The notes below the pieces were generated by a model, which ran no database searches, was not told the DNA's origin, and saw only the letters and a program-made list of their open reading frames with translations. A DNA stretch of 64,000 nucleotides from an uncultured virus (IMG/VR IMGVR_UViG_3300028833_000149) (taxonomy: Duplodnaviria; Heunggongvirae; Uroviricota; Caudoviricetes), in the IMG/VR virus record IMGVR_UViG_3300028833_000149, positions 1 to 64,000 of that record; one strand, written 5' to 3'. Position numbers and translations under genes: made by a program. This document shows, piece after piece, positions 29,910-40,374 of the stretch (position 1 is its first letter; every line of letters begins with the position of its first letter).

Positions 29910-30137
29910 ATGTACAATTTGCAGTTAGGAGATAACTTATTTGTTGAAATAGATTGCGGAGATCTGTTCATTTATAGATATGATAATGAAAATTTATCAG
30001 TAGTAAAAGAAGTAACTAAAGATTATCTCCCACCTGTGAATGAGTATGCCGTAGAAATTATTTCTTTTCATAGTAAGCGTCATTTTCTTTTTAAACGCCA
30101 AAATGGCGCTTATTGGTGGGAAGAAATTAAATATTAG
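29910..30137 (+). CDS. Hypothetical protein
   Basis: ORF in operon. Confidence 0.65.
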   Translation: MYNLQLGDNLFVEIDCGDLFIYRYDNENLSVVKEVTKDYLPPVNEYAVEIISFHSKRHFLFKRQNGAYWWEEIKY

Positions 30138-30147
30138 AGGTAAGAAT

Positions 30148-30579
30148 ATGAAAAAAGTAATATTATATACATTATATTGAATTTGGTCTTTCACTTGAGG
30201 AATTATTATGACATTAATAGGATTTTTCGCCGCTTGCGGTCTTGCAATCTCAGGCCATAAACCAAAACATTTAGGTCCAAATATTTATTTCGTTGTTGGT
30301 AAAAATTGAGGTGGAGTAAATTTTGGTCCATTCTTCTTAACTAGTGAGTATGGAGAAAATTCGACTAAATATCACGAATCTGGTCACGGATTGCAAAATT
30401 TAATATGAGGACCTTTATTCCCATTTGTTATAGCAATACCAAGCGCAATTAGATATTGGTATAGAGAATTAAAATATTATCGTAAAGGACAAAGTCCAAA
30501 AACTTCATATGATAGTATTTGGTTTGAAGGTCAAGCAACAAGATGAGGAAGAAAAGTTTATAGAAAGGAAAATAATTAA
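30148..30579 (+). CDS. Membrane-associated HExxH zinc-peptidase-like protein (code 4)
   Basis: Hydrophobic N-terminus, HESGH, WFEGQA; 5 TGA; TAATG-coupled to thyX. Confidence 0.75.
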
Positions 30580-31244
30580 TGATAGATAAAAGCAAAATTA
30601 AAGTAGAAATACTAAAACACCCTACTGAACAAGATTGGTTGTGGGCAAAAACTTGTACTTTAAATACAGTAGGTAAAAAGTTAAAATCTTCAACTACATC
30701 AGTAGATTTAGAATATAAACAAAAATTACTTGCTTCTGAACATAGTCCAATAAGAGAATTGTGGTTTGGTATTAAATTAACTATTCCATATTTTATTTCA
30801 GTTCATATTGTTCGTCATCATATTGGTTGTAATCACTATGTTTCGACTCAAAGAGATGATAGACACCCAGAAAGAGAAGTTTCTCGTGAAGATTTACCGC
30901 AAGGGACTTTTGTTTCTCACATATTATCAATAAATGCACAAGAATTAATGTTTTTTATGAGAAAAAGATTGTGCAATCAAGCGGACCCACTTATGCGATA
31001 TGTAGCAAATTTGATTAAGAAAGCCGTACTAGAAACAAATCCTGAGTTTGAAGGTTTACTTGTGCCACTTTGTGAATACAGAAATGGAATGTGTACAGAA
31101 ATGTTCCCTTGCGAAAAAGCAAAAACTTTCCGTACTGGTTTCTCTCAAATTTTAAAAATTCTTGATAATGACGAACTTTCAAAAGATGAGCTTGAAAATA
31201 TTATTGAAATTCTATATAAAGTAAAAGAAAAAGAGTCTATATAG
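30579..31244 (+). CDS. thyX: FAD-dependent thymidylate synthase (divergent ThyX)
   Basis: EHSPIRE, HIVRHH......STQR, RKRLC..A; sits with nucleotide genes. Confidence 0.75.
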   Translation: MIDKSKIKVEILKHPTEQDWLWAKTCTLNTVGKKLKSSTTSVDLEYKQKLLASEHSPIRELWFGIKLTIPYFISVHIVRHHIGCNHYVSTQRDDRHPEREVSREDLPQGTFVSHILSINAQELMFFMRKRLCNQADPLMRYVANLIKKAVLETNPEFEGLLVPLCEYRNGMCTEMFPCEKAKTFRTGFSQILKILDNDELSKDELENIIEILYKVKEKESI

Positions 31245-31254
31245 GCTCTTTTTT
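31229..31254 (+). terminator. Intrinsic terminator
   Basis: AAGAGTCT/AGGCTCTT + T-run. Confidence 0.7.
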
Positions 31255-31328
31255 GATTCATTTTTGAACCAAATTTTATTCTGTTTTTAGAAACTTTATA
31301 AAACACTAATATAGAAGTGAAAAAATAT

Positions 31329-31357
31329 TTGACAAAAAGGAAATTTTATCATATAAT
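31329..31357 (+). promoter_or_regulatory. Consensus sigma70 promoter
   Basis: TTGACA-17-TATAAT. Confidence 0.85.
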
Positions 31358-31397
31358 ATATTTGTAAATAAAAGTAAAGGAGTAATAATAGATAATT

Positions 31398-33347
31398 ATG
31401 GCTGTAAGATATGATGAGAACAGTATAACCACATTAGATTATCGTGAAGCCGCTCGTCAATCTATAGGTATGTATATTGGTGGTAATAGTGCCGAAAATA
31501 TGCAACATTTAGTAACAGAAATTGTTTCTAATGCTATGGACGAAGCCGCAGAAGGTTATGGTAAATTAATTCAAGTAATTGTTAATACAGATAATAATTC
31601 AGTAGAAGTAATTGACCAAGGTCGTGGTATACCTTACAAGAAAAATAAATCAGGTAAATTCGCAATTGTTGAAATGTGTACTAGTTTACACTCAGGAGGA
31701 AAATTTGAAGGACAAGGAAATTACAAATCTTCTCTTGGTTTAAATGGTGTAGGTGCAACGATAACAAATGCATTATCAACAACATTTATAATTAATGTAT
31801 GGAGAGATGGCGAACATTGTACATTCTCTGTATTAGATGGAAAACATGGCGACCCAGTCGTTGAAAAATATAGCGGCACAAAACAAGGTTCAAGTGTATA
31901 TTTTATTCCAGATGCAAAAGTATTTAATAATGCAAAATGGGATATTGAAAAGATTAGAGAAGAACTTCAACTTCATGCATTACTTAACAATGGTATTACT
32001 TTTGAGCTTATTGTTAATACTGATGGAAAGAAAGTTCAAGACATTAAATATTTATATAAGTCTGGTTTAAAGGATTTATTATTAATCAAGAGTGAAGGAA
32101 AGAAGATGTTAACTGACATTACTTACTTCAAGACAACTACTGAACATGATAGCGAAAATGTATCCGCTGACGTAGAAATTGCTTTTGCTTATACTGATGA
32201 ACCAGGCGAGCGTATTTATTCATTCGTTAATGGCGGTTATACACCAAATGATGGAACTCACGTAACAGGATTTAAGACTGCATTTACTTCATTAATGAAT
32301 AAAATGGGTAAAGAATTAGGTTATTTAAAAGATGATAAGAAATTTAGCGGCGACAGTGTTAGACGTGGATTAGTTTTATGTTTAAGTATTAAAATGACAC
32401 AAAGACCAATGTTTGCTGAACAAACTAAGAAAACTTTAAATAGCCCTTGTGCTAGACAATTAGTAAGTAAGGCAGTTGGTAAATTACAAATAGAAAATAA
32501 TGTAATTAAACAAATATTAAAGAAAATTGAAAATGAGCAAAAAGCCGAGGAAGCAGCACAACGTAAACGTGAAGCACAAGAAAAAATAGCTAAGGGTGGT
32601 CATTCAATGAATAGTTTAAGAGACTTACCTGAAAAGTTAGCGGACGCAAGTGACTTCACAAATGCAGAAATCTTTTTCTGTGAGGGAGATTCAGCCGCTG
32701 GTGGTGCAAAGACAGTTAAGGCTAAAAATCAAGCAATTATGCCTTTAAGAGGTAAGATTTTAAACACAACTTGTAAAGAACTTGCGGACATAATTAAGTC
32801 AGATATCATTAAAGACATCTTAACTTGTTTAGGTTGCGGAATTGGAGATAATTTTAATATAAAAAATTTACGTTATGATAAGTTAATTATTATGACAGAT
32901 GCGGACTCAGATGGTAAGCATATTGAACTATTGTTAATGACATTATTTTTACATCACTTACCTGAATTAGTAAAGCAAGGTAAAGTTTATGTAACAACAC
33001 CACCATTATTTAAGACTACAACAGGTCGCGGCGAAATTAAGTATTGGTATGAAGAAAATAGTGAATTTAAAAAATATGTAAGAAATCACTCTGGATTAGA
33101 TATAATTCGTTATAAAGGTCTTGGAGAACAAGATGCAAAAGAATTATATGCAACTACAATGGATCCAGCAAATCGTAAACTAGTTCAATTAACTACTAAT
33201 GATATTGAAAAAACATTAGAATTATATTCAAAATTAATGGGTAAGAGTGCCGCAGAGCGCCGCAACTATATCATTTCTCATAATATGTTGGCTTATGATG
33301 CCGCAGATGATGATTTTGAAGATTTCGATGATTTTGATGAAGAATAA
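31398..33347 (+). CDS. Type IIA topoisomerase B subunit (GyrB/ParE)
   Basis: EIVSNAMDE, DQGRGIP, GLNGVGA, EGDSA, PLRGKILN, MTDADSDG, YKGLGE. Confidence 0.95.
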   Translation: MAVRYDENSITTLDYREAARQSIGMYIGGNSAENMQHLVTEIVSNAMDEAAEGYGKLIQVIVNTDNNSVEVIDQGRGIPYKKNKSGKFAIVEMCTSLHSGGKFEGQGNYKSSLGLNGVGATITNALSTTFIINVWRDGEHCTFSVLDGKHGDPVVEKYSGTKQGSSVYFIPDAKVFNNAKWDIEKIREELQLHALLNNGITFELIVNTDGKKVQDIKYLYKSGLKDLLLIKSEGKKMLTDITYFKTTTEHDSENVSADVEIAFAYTDEPGERIYSFVNGGYTPNDGTHVTGFKTAFTSLMNKMGKELGYLKDDKKFSGDSVRRGLVLCLSIKMTQRPMFAEQTKKTLNSPCARQLVSKAVGKLQIENNVIKQILKKIENEQKAEEAAQRKREAQEKIAKGGHSMNSLRDLPEKLADASDFTNAEIFFCEGDSAAGGAKTVKAKNQAIMPLRGKILNTTCKELADIIKSDIIKDILTCLGCGIGDNFNIKNLRYDKLIIMTDADSDGKHIELLLMTLFLHHLPELVKQGKVYVTTPPLFKTTTGRGEIKYWYEENSEFKKYVRNHSGLDIIRYKGLGEQDAKELYATTMDPANRKLVQLTTNDIEKTLELYSKLMGKSAAERRNYIISHNMLAYDAADDDFEDFDDFDEE

Positions 33348-33356
33348 TAAAAATTC

Positions 33357-33385
33357 TTGACAAAAGCGAAAAAATATAATATACT
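33357..33385 (+). promoter_or_regulatory. sigma70 promoter
   Basis: TTGACA-17-TATACT. Confidence 0.8.
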
Positions 33386-33418
33386 ATATTAGTAAAAGAA
33401 AATAATAAAAAATAAAGG

Positions 33419-33736
33419 ATGGAAAGAAAAATGGAAGAAAACAAACAACAAACACCTCAATTCAATGGATGGAAGGATGCAAAGATTGATGGCAATATGC
33501 CTATTGAAGGCTTAATTCAATTTTTAAATATTTTAAATCAAAGACTAATTTTAATTGAAGACCAATTAACTATAAAAGTTGGTAATGAAGAAAATAGTCA
33601 AAATATTACTCTTACTCAATATTGGATTGAAGTACAAAAACAAGAGTATCAAAAGATGATGGAAGAATATCAAAAGCAAATGGAAGCTCAAGCAAAAGCA
33701 AAAGAGCAAACTGATAATCAATCTGACGTACAATAA
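33419..33736 (+). CDS. Gln/Glu-rich hypothetical protein
   Basis: ORF between topoisomerase subunits. Confidence 0.65.
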   Translation: MERKMEENKQQTPQFNGWKDAKIDGNMPIEGLIQFLNILNQRLILIEDQLTIKVGNEENSQNITLTQYWIEVQKQEYQKMMEEYQKQMEAQAKAKEQTDNQSDVQ

Positions 33737-33758
33737 TTAAGAAAGGGCATAGATAACA

Positions 33759-35996
33759 ATGGATATAAAAGATGAAAATTATTTAGATGAGCGTAGCTCT
33801 CAAGACTTTGGTATTTATGCCAATAGTGTAATTAAAGCAAGAGCAATAAGTAGTGTAGAAGATAATTTAAAACCTATTCATAGAAAAGTTCTTTGGACTT
33901 TATTTGAAGATAAGGTTTATGATAAAGGTAAAACTGTAAAATGTGCTAGAGTTGTCGGTGATGCAATGAAATATTCACCACACGGCGACTCTTCAATTTA
34001 TGGTGCATTAGTTCGTTTAGGACAATGGTGGAAATTAAAATATCCACTTATCACTATGCAAGGTAATATGGGTAATATATTAGGTGACGGTCCTGCGGCA
34101 ATGCGTTATACTGAGTGTAAGTTAAGTCCTATTGGAATGGCAATGCTTGATGGTATCAAGAATGATTGTGTTCCATTTAAGAAAAATTATGATGGCACTT
34201 GCGAAGAACCAATAATGCTACCATCTAAGTTCCCATTCTTATTATGTGGAAACAATATGGGTATTGCAGTAGGTTTAAGTGCTAGTTTAGTTTCGCATAA
34301 TTTTGGTGAAGTATATAATGCAATTTGTTATTATATGGAACATAAAGATTGTTCTGTTGCGGACTTACTTCAGTTCATTCAAGGTCCAGATTTCCCAACT
34401 GGCGGAAAAATATTAAATGGTGAAGATTTGCTATCGATTTACACTAATGGTGTTGGTGCAGTAAAAGTTCAAGCACATTATGAAATTTTGAAAGAAAATC
34501 AAAAGACTAAAATTGTTTTTACTGATTTACCTTATGGTGTTGAAGTAGAAAATGGTGTTAAAAAGCAACTTAAAAAATTAGTTTTAGATGAAGGTAATAC
34601 TGAATTTGAAGATATTATCGTAGAAGGTGGAGATACCTTAGATAGTTTAAAAATAACAGTAGTATTATCAAAAAATGCTAATGTTGGTAAATGTTTAGAA
34701 ATATTATTCCAAAAGACAGGTTTACAATCAACTATTAAAATTAATCAAACAGTAATTGTTAATGGTCAACCAAGAACATTATCTTTAAAGGAAATGTTAT
34801 CTTCTTGGGTTGATTATAGAAGTGCAATTATTAAAAAGATAAAAGAAGACGAGTATGGTAAGACAAATCACAAATTAACAGTTGTAATTGGTTTACAAAA
34901 ATGTATGAGTGATATTGATAAGTTAATTAGTCTTATCCGTAATGCCGCAAATCGTACATATGCTCGTGATGCAATTATGAAAGAATTTGAACTTAATCTT
35001 GAACAAGCAGATGCGGTATTAGATATGAAATTAAGTAAGTTAAGTAAATTAGATTTAACTGAACTTAATGATGAAGAAACTAATTTGGAGCAAACTTTAG
35101 CTGCATTAAAGAAGATTATTGAAGACGAAACATTACGTTTCGATATAATCAAAAAAGAACTTCAAGAGATTAAGAAAAGTATTGGTGAAGATAACCGTTT
35201 AACTGAAATTTTATATAACAGACCTGTTGAAGGAACTGTTGCCGCAGAAATTGCAGTTAAAAAAGAATATCTAGTATATCCTAATGGATTAAGACCATTT
35301 ATTGATGGAAACTTTACAGTAGACAATGATTTAGTCGCATCTGTTATGAGTTATAACTCACAAGATATTTATGGTTTTAATAAAGTTGGAGATATTATGC
35401 CAATTAATATAGCATCTGATATAATTGGTGCTTGTGTTAAGAATGATAAGAAAGATAAAATTGTTAGTGTTACAAAGAATGGTAATGTAAAAGTTTCATT
35501 AGTATCTCAATATAAGTTAAATAAAGCTGAAAAAGTTATGAAACTTAAAGATGATGATGAACTAGTATTTGCATCGTTCTGCGGCGATAATGACTACTTA
35601 ATCTTATTTGATGCACAAGAATGTAAAGTATTGAAGTTAGCAATAAAAGATTTACCTATTGCAAGTAAAGCTACTTTAGGCGTAAAGAGCGGCCATGAAT
35701 CTATCACTAGCGCCGCAATAGTTACTGACAATGATGTACTACTTTGTGTAGTAGGTGGAAATAAAGGTAAATTTACTTCAGTAAAAGATTTCTCTGTTGA
35801 TAGTCGAGGTAATAAAGGACAAACTGTCACAGAAAATACAACATCTATCACTTCATTTGAAAATGGTAGAACTAATGTATATGTAATTCCAAAGATGGGA
35901 AAAACAGCATTAGTAGATAGCAAAAAGTTGTCAATTAAAGGCAAGACAGCAAGCGGCGCTAGTTTGTCAAATAAAGTTGTTGTAAAAACTATATAA
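33759..35996 (+). CDS. Type IIA topoisomerase A subunit (GyrA/ParC)
   Basis: LKPIHR, PHGDSS, AAMRYTE, GIAVG, GPDFPTGG, beta-pinwheel-like CTD. Confidence 0.95.
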   Translation: MDIKDENYLDERSSQDFGIYANSVIKARAISSVEDNLKPIHRKVLWTLFEDKVYDKGKTVKCARVVGDAMKYSPHGDSSIYGALVRLGQWWKLKYPLITMQGNMGNILGDGPAAMRYTECKLSPIGMAMLDGIKNDCVPFKKNYDGTCEEPIMLPSKFPFLLCGNNMGIAVGLSASLVSHNFGEVYNAICYYMEHKDCSVADLLQFIQGPDFPTGGKILNGEDLLSIYTNGVGAVKVQAHYEILKENQKTKIVFTDLPYGVEVENGVKKQLKKLVLDEGNTEFEDIIVEGGDTLDSLKITVVLSKNANVGKCLEILFQKTGLQSTIKINQTVIVNGQPRTLSLKEMLSSWVDYRSAIIKKIKEDEYGKTNHKLTVVIGLQKCMSDIDKLISLIRNAANRTYARDAIMKEFELNLEQADAVLDMKLSKLSKLDLTELNDEETNLEQTLAALKKIIEDETLRFDIIKKELQEIKKSIGEDNRLTEILYNRPVEGTVAAEIAVKKEYLVYPNGLRPFIDGNFTVDNDLVASVMSYNSQDIYGFNKVGDIMPINIASDIIGACVKNDKKDKIVSVTKNGNVKVSLVSQYKLNKAEKVMKLKDDDELVFASFCGDNDYLILFDAQECKVLKLAIKDLPIASKATLGVKSGHESITSAAIVTDNDVLLCVVGGNKGKFTSVKDFSVDSRGNKGQTVTENTTSITSFENGRTNVYVIPKMGKTALVDSKKLSIKGKTASGASLSNKVVVKTI

Positions 35997-36003
35997 AAAA
36001 ATA

Positions 36004-36032
36004 TTGACAACAATAAAATTTTATGCTATAAT
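36004..36032 (+). promoter_or_regulatory. Consensus sigma70 promoter with extended -10
   Basis: TTGACA-17-TATAAT, TG at -15/-14. Confidence 0.85.
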
Positions 36033-36066
36033 ATATATGTAACAAAGTTACAAAGGAGTTTTATAA

Positions 36067-36351
36067 ATGGAAAATTTCATTTTAACCCCAAATTGTAGGA
36101 TAGTATTAGATTATATGTATAAAAATGAACAAACTTTTGTCGGCAAGGACTTAATTGAACTTGTCGGCATAAAGGGAATTTATCCTGTCTTGAGGTCTTT
36201 ATGTGATAAAGGTTTAATAGAAAAGAAAGAACCAATAATAAGAGATTTCACATCAAAAGACGGAAAAGTTTGTCAAAATGAATATAAGACTTATCGAATA
36301 ACTGATAGCGGAAAAAGTTATATTGATAGTGGCTTAAATAAATTAGTATAA
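36067..36351 (+). CDS. Winged-helix DNA-binding protein
   Basis: IYPVLRSL..KGLIE....Y.ITDSG pattern. Confidence 0.7.
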   Translation: MENFILTPNCRIVLDYMYKNEQTFVGKDLIELVGIKGIYPVLRSLCDKGLIEKKEPIIRDFTSKDGKVCQNEYKTYRITDSGKSYIDSGLNKLV

Positions 36352-36404
36352 AATAACACTAACCAAAGAAAAATTTTTAAGGAAAAGAAAGAGAGAAAAG
36401 AAAA

Positions 36405-37301
36405 ATGGCAGAAAAGAAAAATTTAACAAACACATTTACAGTAGTAGGACATTTAAAGTCAGTTGAATTAAGAAACAAGGATAAGTTAGCAGAACAAGTA
36501 TCTGCAAGAGCTATTGTTGAATCTGAAATCGGCGGACAAACAAAAGAGTATGAAATCGAGTTCTTCTCAAAGGCAACAACAAGTGCTGGCGCACCTAACA
36601 AATTATATGCTGCTTATGTAGATTTAGAGAAGAATATTGGTAAGAAAATTAAGGTAACAGGTGAATTTAGAGAGAACCGTTATTATAGTTCAACTAAAGA
36701 AGCTGTAGTTAGCGTTAATGTATTAAGCGGACGTTTTATTAACTATGATGTTAAAGATGCCGATAGTGCAACATTTGAATTTCAAGGTTTTGTAATTAAA
36801 GAATTAACTGAAAAGCAAAACAAGAATGGTGAAGTATATCAATACAATATTGGTATCGCACAAGAGGGATATAAAGAAAATTCTTTAACAGTAATTAATT
36901 TTAACGTATCACCTGAACCTGAGTGCGCAGAAATCGTTAATGTTATAAGAGATCAATATACAGTTGGTGCATCAGTAACTATCACTGGTGACTTAGACTT
37001 CCATACTGAAGTTTCAACATCTGAAATTTCTCAAGAGGGTGGTTTTGGTAAGCCAATTGTAAGAGAATATACAAATACTTATAGAAATTACTTCATTACT
37101 GGTGGTTTAGCTCCATTCTCACCTGATGATGAAAAAGCATTCTATAATGATGAAAAGATTGCTACTTTAGTACAAGCTTATAAAGCTAATGATGTAGAAT
37201 TGGAGAAGGCAGCAACTGAAAAAGCAAACACTGTAACTCCTAGTCAATCTACAACTCCTGCGGCAAAACCTGCTGCTAAGAGAACTGGTAGTTTAATTTA
37301 A
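36405..37301 (+). CDS. Putative single-stranded DNA-binding protein (tandem OB folds)
   Basis: Two beta-rich halves (VVGHL/KVTGE; FQGFV/TITGD), replication context. Confidence 0.65.
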   Translation: MAEKKNLTNTFTVVGHLKSVELRNKDKLAEQVSARAIVESEIGGQTKEYEIEFFSKATTSAGAPNKLYAAYVDLEKNIGKKIKVTGEFRENRYYSSTKEAVVSVNVLSGRFINYDVKDADSATFEFQGFVIKELTEKQNKNGEVYQYNIGIAQEGYKENSLTVINFNVSPEPECAEIVNVIRDQYTVGASVTITGDLDFHTEVSTSEISQEGGFGKPIVREYTNTYRNYFITGGLAPFSPDDEKAFYNDEKIATLVQAYKANDVELEKAATEKANTVTPSQSTTPAAKPAAKRTGSLI

Positions 37302-37303
37302 TT

Positions 37304-37332
37304 GAAGGGGAGTAATCCCCTTCTTATTTTTT
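37304..37332 (+). terminator. Intrinsic terminator
   Basis: GAAGGGGA-GTAA-TCCCCTTC + T-run. Confidence 0.8.
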
Positions 37333-37376
37333 AAAATGACAAATGATAAATGACAAACAACGAGAGGAGATAAAGT

Positions 37377-38318
37377 ATGAATCTTTGGGAAATAGAACCA
37401 CACAAAATAACTGCAACATTAAATGATAAAATTATTCAATTTTATGGTGCAAACTCAACAAGAAAGACAAGTGTTGCCGCAAAGTTTCCAAAAAGTTTAA
37501 TTTTTGGTTTTGAAAAAGGTTATCAATGTATCGACGGCGTAATGGCAATTCCTGTTGATAGTTGGGGAAAATTTAAGGATTATTTAAGACAATTAAAAGA
37601 TCCACGTTCAAAAGCAAAGTTTGAGACAGTTGTTATTGATACCACTAGAATAGCATATGATTGCTGCACAACCTATCTTTTAGCTCAATATGAGAAAACT
37701 GACATCACTGATATTGGTACAAAAGGTAAAGGTTGGTCTTTATTAAAAAAAGAATTTAGTGATGTTTTAAATAGTATTCCTAAAATGGGATATGGTTTAG
37801 TTTTAATAACTCACGCTAATGAAGAAGAGAAAAATGGCGTTTTATCTATTAAAACTGACTTAGATAAAGTAGCAACTGATGTTATCAATAAGTTAGTTGA
37901 CTTTCAATTTTATGTAAGAAAAGAAGAAAAAGAAGTTGATGGAAATAAAGAGCTAACTGTTTTTGCTTATGCAGATGTAGCATTTGCAGACACAAAGAAT
38001 AGACTTCGTTACTTCCCTAAACACTTTGAGTTTACATATGAAAACTTGTTAAATGCATATCAAACTGCTCTTGATGAAGAAGTTAAGCATGGAGCAACTT
38101 TAGACACAGATGTATCATCTAAACAAGTTAATGCGGAGTCGTTAGAAGATTTAAGAAATGAAGTTATTGAATTAGTAAAGAAAGAACCTGAAAATGAGCA
38201 AATGGTAGATTATATATCATCTCATTTTGATAAGAAACTTAGTGCAACAGATGATAGTGATTATGATAAGTTAATTGCGGCTAGAGATTTCTTAAAGTCA
38301 CTATTTAATATTGAATAG
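37377..38318 (+). CDS. Sak4/AAA_24-like ATPase (recombination)
   Basis: YG....RKTS, FEKG, VVIDT, GKGW, LITH, KNR. Confidence 0.8.
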   Translation: MNLWEIEPHKITATLNDKIIQFYGANSTRKTSVAAKFPKSLIFGFEKGYQCIDGVMAIPVDSWGKFKDYLRQLKDPRSKAKFETVVIDTTRIAYDCCTTYLLAQYEKTDITDIGTKGKGWSLLKKEFSDVLNSIPKMGYGLVLITHANEEEKNGVLSIKTDLDKVATDVINKLVDFQFYVRKEEKEVDGNKELTVFAYADVAFADTKNRLRYFPKHFEFTYENLLNAYQTALDEEVKHGATLDTDVSSKQVNAESLEDLRNEVIELVKKEPENEQMVDYISSHFDKKLSATDDSDYDKLIAARDFLKSLFNIE

Positions 38319-38746
38319 TGGACCCAAGACTTTTTACTAAGACACAACTTGAAGAACTAATATTGGAGTTGTCTGGTTTAACTAAGATAACTCCAATGAT
38401 TAGTAAACAAATTAGCCGCTTTGTTATTGACAATAAAATGTCATATCTAGAAATAGCAAGATGTGTAGATTATTATGTAGAAATTTTAGGACATGATATT
38501 AAGCCAGAGTATGGAATTGCTTTTGTAACAAGCATTCGTGAACCTGCGGCAGAATATTTTAAAAAGCTTGAGCTTGACAAGCAAAAACAGCAAAAAGAAG
38601 CTGACAAAGTTATTAAATATCAAGACAAAAATATTATTATCAACATCAAGTCATATAGTCTATTGAATAAACCTAGACCACCTAAAAGTTTTGATATGGG
38701 TGCGATAGATGTAAGTGAAGACGATGACATAAACGATTCTAATTAA
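38318..38746 (+). CDS. Hypothetical replication protein (possible helicase loader)
   Basis: Coupled between Sak4 and DnaB. Confidence 0.65.
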   Translation: MDPRLFTKTQLEELILELSGLTKITPMISKQISRFVIDNKMSYLEIARCVDYYVEILGHDIKPEYGIAFVTSIREPAAEYFKKLELDKQKQQKEADKVIKYQDKNIIINIKSYSLLNKPRPPKSFDMGAIDVSEDDDINDSN

Positions 38747-38768
38747 ATAATAAAAAGGAGTAGGTCTG

Positions 38769-40373
38769 ATGTATCAAAAAGGTAAGTTAGATAAACTATA
38801 TGATAGCCAGGCAGCATTATATGTATTAAGTAGTATAATGAAAGACCCTCTTCTTATTCAGAATGAAAGTTATGTATTAGACCCAAGTGACTTTTTTAAG
38901 CCTATACATAAAATGATTTTTGTTGCAATTTTTAATTTAGAGCAACAAGGTATCGAAACTATTGAACCATCTGGTATTGATTTATATTTAAGTCACTATG
39001 ATGCACAATATAGTTATTATAAGGCACAAAATGGTTATACATTAGTACAAGAATGTTCTCGTATGGCAATTAGTATGGATCCGAAAGAATTCTTGTATTA
39101 TTATAGTCGTTTAAAAAAGTTCTCATTATTAAGAGATTTAGAATGTAGCGGTATTGATACAAACACTTTTTACAACACAGAAGTTAGTGCTTTAGATAAG
39201 GATGCAGAAGAGGATAAATTAGATAAGACTGCAATTGAAGCTATCCCTAATGCCGTTAGAGGTATTCTAGTTAATATCGAGAAAAAGCACATTGGTAAAG
39301 ATACAGGTACAGCTCAAAATGCAAGTAAAGGATTAAGAGAATTAGTTCAAAGATATAGAGAGCTACCTGAAGTCGGTTTACCACTTGAGGGTTCTATTGT
39401 AAACTTTGCATTAAGAGGTTTGCGTTTAGGTAAATTATATACTTATTCAGCACCAACAGGAGCAGGTAAAACTCGTTTTATGTTAAGTGCGGCCGCATCT
39501 ATTAGTATGCCATATATAGATAAAAATGGTCAAGTAGTAATGCGTGGTGAAGCAGGAGACGAGTATGAAAAAGTGTTGTTTGTAACAACAGAGCAAGCAG
39601 CAGATGAAATTCAAACAATGTTATTAGCATATGTTAGTGGAGTTCCTGAGAACAAAGTATTAATGGGTGATTATACACCTGAAGAATTGGTTAGAATTAA
39701 CCAAGCATTAAATATAATAGAAGAACATAAAGATAAATTTTTAATTGAAGCAGTACCAGACCCATCAATTGCGGAAATAAAAGTATTATTAACAAAATAT
39801 ATTATTCAAGACCAAGTTAGATATATATTTTATGATTATATCTTTTCAAGTCCAGGATTATTAAGTGAATTTAGAGATGTTGCAGTTCGTGAGGATGTAG
39901 CGTTAATGATGTTATCTAATAGTTTAAAAGAAATAGCAATGGTTCATAATATTCATATTACTTCTGCTACACAATTAAATGGAGATTGGTCAAAAAAAGA
40001 AATAGGACCTCGTGATCAAAATGTATTAAGAGGCTCAAAAGCAATTGCGGATAAAATTGATGGTGGTTTAATTGGTGTAAGATTAGCACCAGCAGAAAAA
40101 GAAAAAATTCAAGAGCTTTGGAATAAAATAAAAGCGGCAAAAGGATATGAAAAAGACCCTAATGTAGTTATAGATGTTTATAAAAATAGACGTGGAGAAT
40201 TAAATTGCGTTAAGATTTTTAGATATTTTGATTATGCAACTTGTCATTGTATTGATTATTTTGTGACAGATGGAGAATATCATATAGTCGAAAATATAAA
40301 AGAGATAAAGTGCATAGAAAAAATAGTTGATTATAAAGAATTGAACTATGAAGAAGGGAAGGAAATAGTATAG
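38769..40373 (+). CDS. dnaB: Replicative DNA helicase (DnaB-like)
   Basis: APTGAGKT, TTEQ, FYDYI, ATQLN, RGSKAIADKID, KNRRG. Confidence 0.92.
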   Translation: MYQKGKLDKLYDSQAALYVLSSIMKDPLLIQNESYVLDPSDFFKPIHKMIFVAIFNLEQQGIETIEPSGIDLYLSHYDAQYSYYKAQNGYTLVQECSRMAISMDPKEFLYYYSRLKKFSLLRDLECSGIDTNTFYNTEVSALDKDAEEDKLDKTAIEAIPNAVRGILVNIEKKHIGKDTGTAQNASKGLRELVQRYRELPEVGLPLEGSIVNFALRGLRLGKLYTYSAPTGAGKTRFMLSAAASISMPYIDKNGQVVMRGEAGDEYEKVLFVTTEQAADEIQTMLLAYVSGVPENKVLMGDYTPEELVRINQALNIIEEHKDKFLIEAVPDPSIAEIKVLLTKYIIQDQVRYIFYDYIFSSPGLLSEFRDVAVREDVALMMLSNSLKEIAMVHNIHITSATQLNGDWSKKEIGPRDQNVLRGSKAIADKIDGGLIGVRLAPAEKEKIQELWNKIKAAKGYEKDPNVVIDVYKNRRGELNCVKIFRYFDYATCHCIDYFVTDGEYHIVENIKEIKCIEKIVDYKELNYEEGKEIV

Positions 40374-40374
40374 T

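Noticed and set aside
33759..35996. Calling the topoisomerase a true gyrase (gyrA)
   Set aside because: No clear GyrA-box (QRRGGKG) in the CTD; left as GyrA/ParC
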